Source: Fidelibacterota bacterium (GTDB lineage: Bacteria; Fidelibacterota; Marinisomatia; Marinisomatales; TCS55). From it: DNA of 64,000 bases. Positions 63,221 through 64,000 of this stretch are shown piece after piece. Within the stretch, counting starts at the first letter, position 1, and each line of letters starts with the position of its first letter. The DNA lies in assembly GCA_027251445.1 (NCBI GenBank), contig JAPNQO010000079.1:1-64000 (forward strand). The letters run 5' to 3'. The translations under genes were made by a program, and so were the position numbers. The notes under the pieces are model-generated. The model had not been told where the DNA came from. It ran no database searches and saw nothing but the letters and a program-made list of their open reading frames with translations.

Positions 63221-64000
63221 TTAATCATATCATAGTTTTTTGTGATTTTTTCTAGCTCTAAAACCATATCCTCTTTTTTTTCTTTTTCACGATCGACAAT
63301 ATTCTTTGGGGCCCGTTTTAAAAATTCTTTATTTTTTAGTTTACTATTAGCACCAATTAAATGATTATTCAATTCCTTAATACGTTTTTGCAAACGTTTT
63401 TTCTCAATATCAAAATCAATAATCCCTTTTAATGGTATAAAAATTTCCATGTTATCTACAATGGCAGTCGCAGATTGAGATGGTTTCTTACTATCTTCTG
63501 TCATTTCTATAGTTTCTATTTTAGCTAATGATTTAATTATTAGACTATGAGAATTTAAGATTGATTTTTGTTCACTATTACATTGAACAATCATTTTACA
63601 TAGTTTATTTGGTGGAACATTCATTTGAGAACGGATTGTTCTAATAGATGAAATTAAACTTTTTAATATCTCCATTTCATCTTCTAATGATTTATTAATC
63701 CATTTATTTTCTATTTTAGGCCAATCTTTAACTATAAGGTCAGAGTCATTATGTTTTTTTAATTTTGACCAAATCTCTTCAGTTACAAATGGGGAATATG
63801 GATGAAGTAGTATAATTATATTTTTCAGTACGTATTTAGAAACACTTTTAACCGTGTTCGTATACGATTCGTTATCTTTTTTAAACCTTGTTTTTGAAAT
63901 TTCAATATACCAGTCACAATAATCATTCCATGTAAATTCATAGATGACTTTAGCTGCTTCATTAAAATTAAAATTATTTAAATATTTATTTATTCTATCT
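63217..64000 (-). CDS. valS: Valine--tRNA ligase, C-terminal part (5' end outside the window)
   Basis: Frame continues upstream of the listed ORF with YEFTWNDYCDWYIE and LLHPYSPFVTEEIW; C-terminal coiled coil KL.N..F..RAP..IV. Confidence 0.95.
   Translation of the reverse strand, partial: DRINKYLNNFNFNEAAKVIYEFTWNDYCDWYIEISKTRFKKDNESYTNTVKSVSKYVLKNIIILLHPYSPFVTEEIWSKLKKHNDSDLIVKDWPKIENKWINKSLEDEMEILKSLISSIRTIRSQMNVPPNKLCKMIVQCNSEQKSILNSHSLIIKSLAKIETIEMTEDSKKPSQSATAIVDNMEIFIPLKGIIDFDIEKKRLQKRIKELNNHLIGANSKLKNKEFLKRAPKNIVDREKEKKEDMVLELEKITKNYDMIK

Overview
AT-rich (roughly 30% GC by eye), very gene-dense bacterial window with FCB-superphylum-type genes (Por/FlgD-like C-terminal sorting domain, FecI/FecR/TonB receptor, DUF4835, DUF2723, WD40-Omp85). 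A streamlined marine lineage such as Ca. Marinimicrobia is plausible, but this is inference. Most content is core genome: menaquinone genes, an ECF-FecR-TBDR module, tRNA-Asn, an EF-G paralogue, manC, sfsA, a tyrosine/homogentisate catabolic operon, tgt, radA, lpxH, argF, hflKC, rpoN-lptB-lptC-kdsC-pyrG-kdsB, a MacAB-TolC-type exporter, a CCA enzyme, recG and a partial valS. No CRISPR array, integrase, IS element or prophage was recognised. The main observations are: (1) a PAS sensory domain fused in frame to MenA, suggesting a signal-gated menaquinone prenyltransferase; (2) a BCP peroxiredoxin missed by the ORF track, with an in-frame TGA at the catalytic Cys position (probable selenoprotein) and a candidate SECIS hairpin; (3) three tandem bactofilins behind a 13-bp inverted repeat, followed by a membrane protein that resembles a PilM/PilN/PilO-like fusion; (4) a sodium:solute symporter with a double-psi-barrel-like tail; (5) an intact but P-loop-less adenylate-forming pseudo-enzyme. 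All family calls come from motif recognition, not database searches.
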